Shown here: one piece after another, positions 36,038-43,810 of the stretch | Position numbering within the stretch: position 1 is the stretch's first letter | How the letters are laid out: the number at the start of each line of letters is the position of its first letter | Virus record (IMG/VR): IMGVR_UViG_3300045612_000232 | DNA: 45,876 bases | From: a virus | Direction: 5' to 3' (one strand) | Notes under the pieces: generated by a model | Seen by the model: the letters and a program-made list of their open reading frames with translations, nothing else | Databases searched by the model: none | What the model was told of the DNA's origin: nothing | Translations under genes and position numbers: made by a program

Positions 36038-36261
36038 TAAAATTCACCAACCCTTTCAATCACAGTCTTGATTGCTTTCAATGTCATGTCTTTATCAACT
36101 GGATTCATCAAAAGAGTTTGTATGTGCCAGCATTTCGTTTGATATTTATTAGCCTCTGCCTTGTGAGCCTTGCACTTACGATCCAACTCATCATTAAATA
36201 GAAGCAACTCAGCGTGTTCTTGCTGAAGCTGCTCAAGTGTCATGTTCATGTAGTCACTCAT
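36037..36261 (-). CDS. Hypothetical 74-aa protein
   Basis: Coupled to both neighbours (TAATG downstream). Confidence 0.55.
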   Translation of the reverse strand: MSDYMNMTLEQLQQEHAELLLFNDELDRKCKAHKAEANKYQTKCWHIQTLLMNPVDKDMTLKAIKTVIERVGEF

Positions 36262-36622
36262 CTAAACCACCCTTAAGCGCTTGCTCTAACTCGTAAGCGA
36301 CAATTGAAAGTGCATGACAAAATGTCTTATCTTCTGTTGGAGGGTCTCTATATTCCTGAATCAATTGCTTGACCGCATCCACCCTCTTTTGCAGCTCATC
36401 AATTTTGGATTGTTGGTGTTGGTAAACACACAAACCAAAATCTAAATCAAACGAACCGTATCCTCCTTTTTTGCTTGTGTAAGGGGTGCATCTGAGTTGT
36501 AGCTTGTTTCTATCTGAGCCGTGAGATTGAATAAATTCTTCAAATCCCATGCGCGTATTTTCATTAAATTCTTTCATTGATTCTTGATATTGTTCTAACG
36601 TATCAAATTCACTTCTCATCAC
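36254..36622 (-). CDS. Hypothetical 122-aa protein
   Basis: Overlaps both neighbouring genes in an operon context. Confidence 0.55.
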   Translation of the reverse strand: MMRSEFDTLEQYQESMKEFNENTRMGFEEFIQSHGSDRNKLQLRCTPYTSKKGGYGSFDLDFGLCVYQHQQSKIDELQKRVDAVKQLIQEYRDPPTEDKTFCHALSIVAYELEQALKGGLDE

Positions 36623-36978
36623 TTCACCCTCTCAAAATAAAAGACCACTGGTTTTTGAATGAACTCAACCAATCCAAAACGCATTAAATGGCGGATTTGA
36701 GAACAATCGCGAATTACTTGCACATCACGATAATGAGCCAATAGATCGCGCCATGACTCCAAAGACATTGAGCGCTTGTTGTGATTGCAAGCTGTGCATG
36801 CTGGCATTAGATTCTCAATCACATCGTGCTCAGGATTTAAGCACGTGCCATCACCATTTCTTCTAATTGCTTCAAAATGATCTGCATGCCACTTGTCCCC
36901 CAAAACAGAACCACAATAAGCACAATGACCATCGTATTTTTGCTTTAGTTCTTCACGTTGAGCCTTATTTAGTTTCAT
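36619..36978 (-). CDS. HNH endonuclease
   Basis: 'CAYCG...WHADH...NLMPACTACNHNK' gives the HNH and zinc ligands. Confidence 0.85.
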   Translation of the reverse strand: MKLNKAQREELKQKYDGHCAYCGSVLGDKWHADHFEAIRRNGDGTCLNPEHDVIENLMPACTACNHNKRSMSLESWRDLLAHYRDVQVIRDCSQIRHLMRFGLVEFIQKPVVFYFERVK

Positions 36979-37528
36979 TGCTATTCACCCCCTCATCAAA
37001 CTTCTTGCAATTAGGACTGGTGTCACAGTCGCGTAGGGTTTCTAATTCCAACGTTTCAGTATTTCCGAATAGTTGCTCGTAGTCTGCGATGGCTTGTTCA
37101 AATAAATCGAATTTAATGGCTTCTTTGGGTTTGCACTGATTTCTCCCAAAAAGCTGTATTAATTTTTTATTTTCAGGATGTTGTATGAAATGAGTTGCTT
37201 TTTCATTTCTCAGTCTTTTTTGAAATGTGATTTTATTTGCGATAGCCAAACCACCGCAATTGTTAACCAAATCCATGCTCTCAACTAGGCGCTTGAGGTC
37301 GGAAAGACTTAAAACAAAATCTGATCCATAGCTATTAATTAAATCTTCCTCAGTATGACAATCACTATCCCACCATTCGCCATCGTGATACCAAGACTGA
37401 AACTCAACCGAGTAGTACCTAGGTATTTTGCGAAAAACATAGTGTGTTGCTGTTTTATCAGGCGCACCCTCAACAACCTCCCTCGCCTTCTCAACCCCAT
37501 GGTCTTTTATGAATTGAATTGCGTTCAT
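36965..37528 (-). CDS. Hypothetical 187-aa protein
   Basis: ATG at 37528 forms an ATGA overlap with the dam stop. Confidence 0.55.
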   Translation of the reverse strand: MNAIQFIKDHGVEKAREVVEGAPDKTATHYVFRKIPRYYSVEFQSWYHDGEWWDSDCHTEEDLINSYGSDFVLSLSDLKRLVESMDLVNNCGGLAIANKITFQKRLRNEKATHFIQHPENKKLIQLFGRNQCKPKEAIKFDLFEQAIADYEQLFGNTETLELETLRDCDTSPNCKKFDEGVNSNETK

Positions 37529-37992
37529 TGGCTTTGCTCCCACTTCACATCATTAAGACTTGGACGAAATACAACTACACAACATCCGAATGGTGCATTT
37601 GATGAAGACCCGCCAAACTTCAATCGACCGCGAATAAAATGAATCTCACGGCCTAAACAGTAATCTTGAAACCAGCGAGCATCCGTACGCACTGGAACGA
37701 GTGCAACAACTGTGTGACCTTGTTGAGCCGTGTGAGCTGCCTTTGCAACCCAGTCAATGATTTCTCTTCCGTAAGGTGGGTTCATCCAACATGTGCCAGT
37801 CCACTCTTGCTTTAAACCATTTTGTTCAGGACTAAAGAATCGTTCACACTTTGCATTCTCTGGCAAAGCACAAACATCAAGATCAAAGTTAAATACAGCA
37901 TTTAGTTTGTCGAAGAAGTCTTGAGGCGTAGCCCATACATCTGTTCTGTTATCTGCCATTCCAAACAACTTATTTTGAGTCATTGCATTCAT
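37525..37992 (-). CDS. dam: Phage Dam-type DNA N6-adenine methyltransferase
   Basis: 'VWATPQDFFDKLNAVFNFDLDVCA...NAKCERFF...CWMNPPYG' matches the phage N6-MTase (Dam) family, including NPPY. Confidence 0.9.
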   Translation of the reverse strand: MNAMTQNKLFGMADNRTDVWATPQDFFDKLNAVFNFDLDVCALPENAKCERFFSPEQNGLKQEWTGTCWMNPPYGREIIDWVAKAAHTAQQGHTVVALVPVRTDARWFQDYCLGREIHFIRGRLKFGGSSSNAPFGCCVVVFRPSLNDVKWEQSQ

Positions 37993-38195
37993 CGCCCTTC
38001 TCCGTCACGCTCTAAAACTTCAACGTCATTGGTAAAACACATAAACGTCTGCCCATCATCCAATCTTCCAAACACTCGCCCACCTTCAACTCGATCTAAA
38101 ACACCGTAACCAGTGAAGCGAATACCAACGTGAATCGTTTCTGGATTGTTTATGAAATCAACTTTCACTCGATCGCCTTTTTTAAGATTAGCCAT
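37989..38195 (-). CDS. Hypothetical 68-aa protein
   Basis: ATG at 38195 lies 4 nt after the loader stop. ATGA overlap with the dam start. Confidence 0.5.
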   Translation of the reverse strand: MANLKKGDRVKVDFINNPETIHVGIRFTGYGVLDRVEGGRVFGRLDDGQTFMCFTNDVEVLERDGEGR

Positions 38196-38958
38196 GATTG
38201 CCACCAATACGTGAATCCGCCCAGTTACACTCAACCAAAGTTAATCCGTCATGTTGGAAACGAGACCATAATCGGTCGCCCAAGTTGTCTTTCAAACCTT
38301 GTGAATTTTCAGTTGAATGAAGTGATAAATTTGAAATTAAGACCGTTGTTTTTTTTGCGTCATAACGCGAATAAAGAACTTTGTGCACAAGTTGCAATCG
38401 GCTTTCGTGTTGATCATGCAAGCCATATTCATCAATGATTAAAAGATCATAATCAGTGAAACGGAACACAGCGCTTGCTTCGCTGTCATCGGTTTTAGTC
38501 CAAGCATTGGCTATCTCGTTTGCCATGTCTTCAGATGTCACATAGCGAACATAACTGCGCTGATCCAGAACATTGCGAGCTATCGCACATGACAAATGGG
38601 TTTTACCTGTACCAGTTCGCCCAACCATGATTAGATTGCGCTTAACACCAGCGTTGAAGTCTTTAGCAAATGACTGACACTGTGCTTTAGCATTTTTCTG
38701 ACCTTGGTTTTGAACAATGTAATTCTTAAAGCCACTCTCAAGATGGCGATCTGGAAGCATTGCGCCTGCAAATTGTTTTTCACGAACCATCTGATTCACA
38801 GCTTGATGGTGATCAATTTGCGCCTGCTCAACTGATTTCAAAGCACATGTTTTGCAGAAATCTCGACCACCAACACTGATCATCCGCTCTTTGTGTTTTT
38901 CACAAAACCGATTGGTTTCTGTGATTTTTTTAGTGAGTTCTTTTGCTAGTGCATTCAC
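38188..38958 (-). CDS. DnaC/IstB-like AAA+ helicase loader
   Basis: Walker A 'GRTGTGKTHL', Walker B 'LLIIDEYG'. ATGA overlap with the initiator gene. Confidence 0.85.
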   Translation of the reverse strand: MNALAKELTKKITETNRFCEKHKERMISVGGRDFCKTCALKSVEQAQIDHHQAVNQMVREKQFAGAMLPDRHLESGFKNYIVQNQGQKNAKAQCQSFAKDFNAGVKRNLIMVGRTGTGKTHLSCAIARNVLDQRSYVRYVTSEDMANEIANAWTKTDDSEASAVFRFTDYDLLIIDEYGLHDQHESRLQLVHKVLYSRYDAKKTTVLISNLSLHSTENSQGLKDNLGDRLWSRFQHDGLTLVECNWADSRIGGNHG

Positions 38959-39803
38959 AGCATACCCTCCAAATCAATATCATCGACTGCAGGTGCGTAA
39001 TCCTGTGGTTTGCCCCATGCATCATTCACATTTCTGCTCACAGCGGTATTTGTTTTGCTTGATGGTTTCTGTTGTCCAGATGGTTTGATTTTTTTGAACT
39101 CAAGAATCAACCACTGAGCAAACTTTCTCGTTCGCTGGTTTTCAGTGAGATCTGTTTTGTTTTCCCAGTGGGCATTGAAGTTACCCAAGTGAAATTCGTA
39201 ATCGGGCATTGTGATTACTTGTTCAGCCTGAGTGCCCATGCTTTGTCGAATCACGTTTAGCAAAATTTCAGGATTTGGAGTCCAAGAACTTTCCTGAGCT
39301 GAGTTTTCAGTCTCGCCCAGTGTGTGTGTATTTATTCTTGGTTCACGGTTATCGGTTATCGGTTTACGGTTAAGGTTTTTTTGGGTTTCGTTTTCACAAC
39401 CTAAAATATCCGACTGGGTTTCTTGTGGGTTTTCCAAATTATCTAATTCGGTTTCACTTTGGTTTTCGCTAGGTTTGTTTTTACGTGGACGACCACCCTT
39501 TTTACCGTTTTCCCGATTTTTGTTCGCATTTTGGTGGTATTCAGCAATTTCAGCATCACATCGCTTATTGTGAAAACCATCATCTTGCTCAACAAAGAAA
39601 TCATTAAGCACATTTATTACAGCATCTCTTTCTTCTTGGGTTATTGCACGTAACCGACGAAAAACCGACTGGGTTTCTTTGGGTAATGGCTTTTCATTTA
39701 AATAATAAAAGTCGATTGCACGGCGATAGAAACACTCCTCCAATGGAGTTAAGTGTGCAGTATCGACCATGAAATCACTTATGTGATGAAGGTATTTATA
39801 CAT
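38955..39803 (-). CDS. Replication initiator, DUF1376 (YdaU-like) N-terminal domain
   Basis: 'LTPLEECFYRRAIDFYYLNEKPLP' is the DUF1376 opening. Basic 'NGKKGGRPRKNK' linker. Directly upstream of the loader. Confidence 0.7.
   Translation of the reverse strand: MYKYLHHISDFMVDTAHLTPLEECFYRRAIDFYYLNEKPLPKETQSVFRRLRAITQEERDAVINVLNDFFVEQDDGFHNKRCDAEIAEYHQNANKNRENGKKGGRPRKNKPSENQSETELDNLENPQETQSDILGCENETQKNLNRKPITDNREPRINTHTLGETENSAQESSWTPNPEILLNVIRQSMGTQAEQVITMPDYEFHLGNFNAHWENKTDLTENQRTRKFAQWLILEFKKIKPSGQQKPSSKTNTAVSRNVNDAWGKPQDYAPAVDDIDLEGML
39346..39373. repeat. Four tandem heptamers CGGTTAT CGGTTAT CGGTTTA CGGTTAA (iteron-like) inside the initiator gene
   Basis: Direct reading. A 15-bp exact direct repeat CCGACTGGGTTTCTT also occurs at 39410-39424 and 39665-39679. 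Confidence 0.85.
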
Positions 39804-40161
39804 TTACTTCACCACCTTTAATTTCACTAACCCACGCTTTTCCAACTGACGAATAATCCTTGGTGGAATAAACTCGTTGTTGATCTTGTATCGCGTACGT
39901 GACTTTTCTTTCACTTGAATTAACAAGTGTCCATCCTCCATAAGACGGCGAACGGCTATGGCTTGCCCCCCCCATATGAGTAGTTTCTTCAAGCACGTAA
40001 AATTTCTCTTGAGCCTCTATCGCTGCATTCATTTGAGACAGAGGCATAGCAGCTAACTCTTTAGCTGTGTAAATTTTTACTGGTTTCTCGAGCGGTATGA
40101 TGTTTTCAATAGGCGCTTTTGAAACAGTTATGTCTTGTTTTCTTTTAGCTGCATATCTCAC
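39796..40161 (-). CDS. Hypothetical 121-aa protein containing a G8 tract where a second frame opens
   Basis: ORF as given in the track. See the finding on 39804-39992 for the frame ambiguity. Confidence 0.45.
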   Translation of the reverse strand: MRYAAKRKQDITVSKAPIENIIPLEKPVKIYTAKELAAMPLSQMNAAIEAQEKFYVLEETTHMGGASHSRSPSYGGWTLVNSSERKVTYAIQDQQRVYSTKDYSSVGKAWVSEIKGGEVNV

Positions 40162-40454
40162 ACATCACCACCCTTAGGCTTAACATAGCCACCAAATGAT
40201 TGAACTTGATCGGCCTTTACAAGACTTGTTAAAACTTGCTGTGCTAACCATTGAGTAATTCGAAATTGACGTGCCATTAATTCTGAAAACTCAACCTTGG
40301 TAACTGCAGCATTGTTCTCGTCATACCCTTTCGAACGTAGATTGCGTTTCTTGTTTTCATACAACTGATCAAGCAATCGCAATGCAGGCTCATAAAAAGA
40401 TTGAACTTGTTGATCTTGTTTAAACTCAGGTTGCTTTTGAAATTTAGAGTTCAT
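40158..40454 (-). CDS. Hypothetical 98-aa protein
   Basis: ATGA-type overlaps with both neighbours. Confidence 0.55.
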   Translation of the reverse strand: MNSKFQKQPEFKQDQQVQSFYEPALRLLDQLYENKKRNLRSKGYDENNAAVTKVEFSELMARQFRITQWLAQQVLTSLVKADQVQSFGGYVKPKGGDV

Positions 40455-40648
40455 GAGATCTCCTTTTGTGCAGCCAAAGCATTGCTCAAATGGATATGCT
40501 CATCATTTGAGATATTTCTACAATTGGGTGATATGTGATTCTCAATGTATTGATCATCAGCAATGATTAGGCATGTTTTGCATTGCTCTTCTTTAAATTC
40601 ACTGCACTTGTTAGCGCATGGGTGTTTTGGTATATTCATCTTGTTCAA
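40451..40648 (-). CDS. Hypothetical Cys-rich 65-aa protein
   Basis: 'CANKCSEFKEEQCKTC' is a possible zinc site. Confidence 0.5.
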   Translation of the reverse strand: MNKMNIPKHPCANKCSEFKEEQCKTCLIIADDQYIENHISPNCRNISNDEHIHLSNALAAQKEIS

Positions 40649-40688
40649 TCTCGCTATAGATTCGAATGCCTAAGCCTGATCTAATCCA

Positions 40689-41189
40689 TCAGGCTTTTTC
40701 TTTTTGAGCATGTGCTGTGTATTTCTGCATTTGCTTAAGTGCTGCTTGGTCCACGGCGGTAATCAACTCAATCAAGCCCTGGGTAATTTGGTGGATCTCT
40801 TCATATTCAGAAGGTGTAATCACCCCATCCTCATAAGCCTCATACACAACTCGGTTCGCCTTTCCGCTCTTAATGTTGTGTTTCATCATTGCTTCAAAGA
40901 TCGAAAGCTCATGATGTTTGCTAGCATCACAATTCACTGGTACTAGTGCATAACCCATTTGATGTGCCCACACTTTTAAAATTTCAGGGTTCTGCGTGTA
41001 CATCATGATGGTTTCAAGCTTCTTTAGGCTTGGTAAGTGATTTGGCATCCCTACGTTGCCGTAGTTGCAAATAGTGTTATGTGAATCACCAGTGACTTGA
41101 GCAATTTCCTTTGGTGAAATCCCCTGCGTCTGGTTAATCATTTTGAAAATTGCCGTTTGAGCTTCACGACTTAGTGTTATTTCTTGCAT
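40689..41189 (-). CDS. CII-like regulatory protein (putative)
   Basis: Second gene after cro. HTH-like 'ISPKEIAQVTGDSHNTICNYG'. Confidence 0.4.
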   Translation of the reverse strand: MQEITLSREAQTAIFKMINQTQGISPKEIAQVTGDSHNTICNYGNVGMPNHLPSLKKLETIMMYTQNPEILKVWAHQMGYALVPVNCDASKHHELSIFEAMMKHNIKSGKANRVVYEAYEDGVITPSEYEEIHQITQGLIELITAVDQAALKQMQKYTAHAQKEKA

Positions 41190-41259
41190 TTGTGAAATCC
41201 TTGATTTGTTTCACGTTTACTGAAAGTAAAAACTCCCCATAATTCAATTAAATGAATAA

Positions 41260-41454
41260 TCAGGATGCATGTAATGCATTTAAATCAGCTTTTAGTTTTC
41301 CTTCAGTTAAGATTTGAATACGTGCCTGTGTATCGATGGGAATTCCGCGATGTCTCCACTTGCTAATTGTTCCTCTTGTGACTCTTAAGATGGTTCTAGT
41401 TAGCTGGATATCGTTTTTCACACCGAAATGGTCTTTAAGATCATCAACGGTCAT
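41260..41454 (-). CDS. cro: Cro/YdaS-like HTH repressor
   Basis: 64 aa, 'RVTRGTISKWRHRGIPIDTQARIQILTEGKL'. Divergent from cI. Confidence 0.75.
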   Translation of the reverse strand: MTVDDLKDHFGVKNDIQLTRTILRVTRGTISKWRHRGIPIDTQARIQILTEGKLKADLNALHAS

Positions 41455-41455
41455 C

Positions 41456-41537
41456 GTTTACCTCAATAAACTATAAGTTTCCGTTAGTAAACCATAAGTT
41501 TATTTTAGTTTCAACATGTTTGTTTACTATAGGAAAC
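41456..41537. promoter_or_regulatory. cI-cro divergent control region with three 16-bp operators, GTTT(A/C)C-N4-(G/A)(G/T)AAAC
   Basis: GTTTACctcaATAAAC at 41456-71, GTTTCCgttaGTAAAC at 41477-92, GTTTACtataGGAAAC at 41522-37. Candidate leftward promoter TTGAAA (41514-41509), 17-nt spacer, TTTACT (41491-41486) overlaps the middle operator. Confidence 0.55.
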
Positions 41538-41555
41538 AATTATGAGGGATTTTTT

Positions 41556-42299
41556 ATGAGCTCTATTAGTGATCGTATAATTCAAAGAATGACTGAGTTA
41601 AAAGTTCGTCAAGTTGATTTGATAGAAGCAACTGGAGCTACTAAAGGTGCTGTTTCAAAATGGGTGGCAGGAACAAATGTACCTAAAGCTGAATATTTAC
41701 CAGGACTAGCAGCAGTGTTAAAAACTACTCAAGAATGGTTATTAACTGGAAAAGAGCCTGAAAAATTAAATACATTTAAAATGCAAGAATTCATGGATAA
41801 ACATGGGCTTAAAAAGATTGACGATTCATCTTTTGATGTAAATGACATTCATGAACCAACTGTAGTTGATTATGAAATTGAAAACGGTTTTATTTGGATC
41901 GATGTGGTAGAAGCAAATTTTTCATGTGGCACAGGTGAATCAATTGAATTTCATTTTGATGTAATAAACGGTAAGTTCCCTTTTCCTCCTTCATTTTTCC
42001 AAAAGAAGTATGTAGATCCTAGATGTATGAGAATCATTAAAGCTAAGGGTGACAGTATGTCCGATTTTATCCATGATCAGGATTTAGTTGGCATCGACAT
42101 TTCTCAAACGGAAATCATAGATGGTGAAATTTACGCGGTCTATTTTGAAGGTGAAGGCATGATTAAGCAGATATTTAAAGAAGAAGGTGGAAAGCTAATC
42201 TTACATAGCCTGAATCCCAAATATCGTGATAGAGAAGTAACAGAACAGAATGGTTTAAATTTTAAAGTTATGGGTCGTCAATTTTGGCGTGCAGGATAA
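41556..42299 (+). CDS. cI: CI-type repressor (XRE HTH + S24 LexA-like autopeptidase)
   Basis: 'VRQVDLIEATGATKGAVSKWVAG' (HTH). 'KGDSMSDF' (Ser) and 'GMIKQIF' (Lys). GAGGGA RBS before the ATG at 41556. Confidence 0.9.
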   Translation: MSSISDRIIQRMTELKVRQVDLIEATGATKGAVSKWVAGTNVPKAEYLPGLAAVLKTTQEWLLTGKEPEKLNTFKMQEFMDKHGLKKIDDSSFDVNDIHEPTVVDYEIENGFIWIDVVEANFSCGTGESIEFHFDVINGKFPFPPSFFQKKYVDPRCMRIIKAKGDSMSDFIHDQDLVGIDISQTEIIDGEIYAVYFEGEGMIKQIFKEEGGKLILHSLNPKYRDREVTEQNGLNFKVMGRQFWRAG

Positions 42300-42304
42300 T
42301 ATAG

Positions 42305-42325
42305 CTGTGAACCCGACACAGTTTT
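42305..42325 (+). terminator. Weak hairpin + T4 after cI (likely partial terminator)
   Basis: ctgtg-aacccga-cacag followed by tttt. Confidence 0.3.
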
Positions 42326-42353
42326 AAAACAATGAATAAAATATTTAATTTAA

Positions 42354-42387
42354 TTGCAATTGAAAATAGTTAACTTATAAGGTAACT
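42354..42387 (+). promoter_or_regulatory. Candidate promoter TTGCAA-16-TATAAG overlapped by the 20-bp palindrome AGTTAACTTATAAGGTAACT
   Basis: -35 at 42354-59, -10 at 42376-81. The palindrome at 42368-87 has one mismatched pair and ends 8 nt before the ORF1 ATG. Confidence 0.45.
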
Positions 42388-42394
42388 TGCACAA

Positions 42395-42898
42395 ATGATA
42401 GACCCTTACTTTTTCCTTTGGGATGAATTAGGATTTCCTGACAATCTTCATCCAATTGTCATACCTGATAGCATGAGGGTCTATATGCTGTCATCATCAC
42501 AGGATAAACGAGATGTATTTCTGTACCGTGATAGAACAGAGTTTTCATTAACCAGTAAACGGGATAACGAGGATGTTGTTAGGCTGTTTTCTCAACTAGC
42601 TTCTCGATGTGAGATGTGTGAACATCCCAACGAATTGTTTGATTTTTATAATTCGTCAGAGTTGCATAAAGCGCACACTACAAAGTTGGATGGTAAAGAT
42701 ATAGCAATATATAGAATCAGGAAAGCAAACCTTAGGCTTTATTTGGTTTTTGTTGATGCTTATATCATATTGTTTAGGTTATCCCCTAAGCGCAAGGACA
42801 AAATTGATAATTCTGAAAAGATAATCCTTGATAATCGTGTTAAGGCAATTTTCAAGTATCAAGCTAACACGGAAGCATTCTTAGTGAGATTGTTATGA
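42395..42898 (+). CDS. Gp49/HigB (RelE-fold)-like putative toxin with a ~90-aa N-terminal extension (167 aa)
   Basis: C-terminal 'IAIYRIRKANLRLYLVFVDAYIILFRLSPKRKDKIDNSEKIILDNRVKAI' follows the Gp49-like pattern. ATGA overlap with the downstream HTH gene. Confidence 0.5.
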   Translation: MIDPYFFLWDELGFPDNLHPIVIPDSMRVYMLSSSQDKRDVFLYRDRTEFSLTSKRDNEDVVRLFSQLASRCEMCEHPNELFDFYNSSELHKAHTTKLDGKDIAIYRIRKANLRLYLVFVDAYIILFRLSPKRKDKIDNSEKIILDNRVKAIFKYQANTEAFLVRLL

Positions 42899-43446
42899 AT
42901 AAAGCATATTTGCTTTCATGTAAAAGTGTAGATATGTCCATTGTAAAAATGGAACAAATCGCTTCACATTTGGTTGGCTTATTGCGCCATAGTAATATGA
43001 GTCGTGCAGAACTAGCTGCCCAGCTTGGGTGGAAAAAAAGTCGAGTTACCAAAGTTTTATCAGGCGATGAAAATCTAACTATTAAAACTATTACCGCGAT
43101 CACCCAACAGTTGGGCTATGATTTTGATGTTGTTTTTCACAATAAAAATTACGAGAAGCCGAAGCAACCCTGGCAAGTTGATCGAGAAAAATTGTTATCT
43201 AAAAGCATTTTTGTTAATGCTAATCGTGAGCTTAAGCTCGCTTTAGAATTTCAAACTGGTGCGCAAGTTGTTGATGCTGTGTTGAGTGGTAATGAAAGTG
43301 ATTTTTACATAAGTATAAATCCATCACACCCAACAGAATACAAAGAAGTAATTTCTGTAACGCCCCAGATTGAAACTGAATCTAAATCCATCAGCGTCAT
43401 CTATCAACATCAAGAAACATTCAAAGAGGCAGTTTGTTATGAGTGA
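42895..43446 (+). CDS. XRE-family HTH protein (HigA-like putative antitoxin) with a ~100-aa C-terminal extension
   Basis: 'MSRAELAAQLGWKKSRVTKVLSGDENLTIKTITAITQQLG'. Confidence 0.7.
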   Translation: MNKAYLLSCKSVDMSIVKMEQIASHLVGLLRHSNMSRAELAAQLGWKKSRVTKVLSGDENLTIKTITAITQQLGYDFDVVFHNKNYEKPKQPWQVDREKLLSKSIFVNANRELKLALEFQTGAQVVDAVLSGNESDFYISINPSHPTEYKEVISVTPQIETESKSISVIYQHQETFKEAVCYE

Positions 43447-43756
43447 TAATCAGGGAAATTCCACTGCTCAAGAGAAAACTGAGTTAAAAACTATCTTGAA
43501 CCCAAGCATACAACCCATCTATGCAGATCATATAATGCAAGTTGCGATGGAACCTAGTACCTTAAAATTGGTATTGGGTTGTAGAGTTAATAATCAGGTC
43601 GTGAATAACGCTACGATTGTATTACCTCTAAATGTTGTATTGGGGTTACAAGACGCATTAAAAGACATGTTTTCTAACCCAGATATTCAACAACTCATCC
43701 TTACTGATTTTGAAAAAAATTGCAACCAACTGAAAGAAAGATTCGGTAAGAAGTAA
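43439..43756 (+). CDS. Small third component (105 aa), possible SecB/DUF3467-like protein
   Basis: ATG at 43439 overlaps the ORF2 stop by 8 nt, with an AGAGG RBS. 'IQPIYADHIMQVAMEP...TLKLVLGC...ATIVLPLNVVLGLQDALKDMF'. Confidence 0.55.
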   Translation: MSDNQGNSTAQEKTELKTILNPSIQPIYADHIMQVAMEPSTLKLVLGCRVNNQVVNNATIVLPLNVVLGLQDALKDMFSNPDIQQLILTDFEKNCNQLKERFGKK

Positions 43757-43810
43757 TTTATCAACAGTAGCACCTGAGAACCAAGAATTTTAGCTTAGAG
43801 ATCTAATGTT

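Noticed and set aside
36619-37992. Dam methyltransferase plus HNH endonuclease as a restriction-modification system
   Set aside because: The two genes are separated by an unrelated ORF. The MTase is the orphan phage Dam type and the HNH is the small phage-type nuclease. Both are common standalone phage genes.
38130-39653. Plus-strand ORFs (38130-38438, 38852-39088, 39072-39260, 39322-39573, 39459-39653) opposite the loader and initiator genes
   Set aside because: They are antisense to genes with clear Walker and DUF1376 motifs. They are Phe/Leu/Ser-rich with no RBS, and are best explained as shadow ORFs.
41190-41259. Hairpin gtgaaa-(10 nt)-tttcac and operator-like GTTTACtgaaaGTAAAA between cro and the CII-like gene as a fourth operator or tR1-like terminator
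   Set aside because: The operator-like site has a 5-nt rather than 4-nt spacer and a degenerate half-site. The hairpin has only a 6-bp A/T-rich stem and no U-tract on the transcribed (minus) strand.
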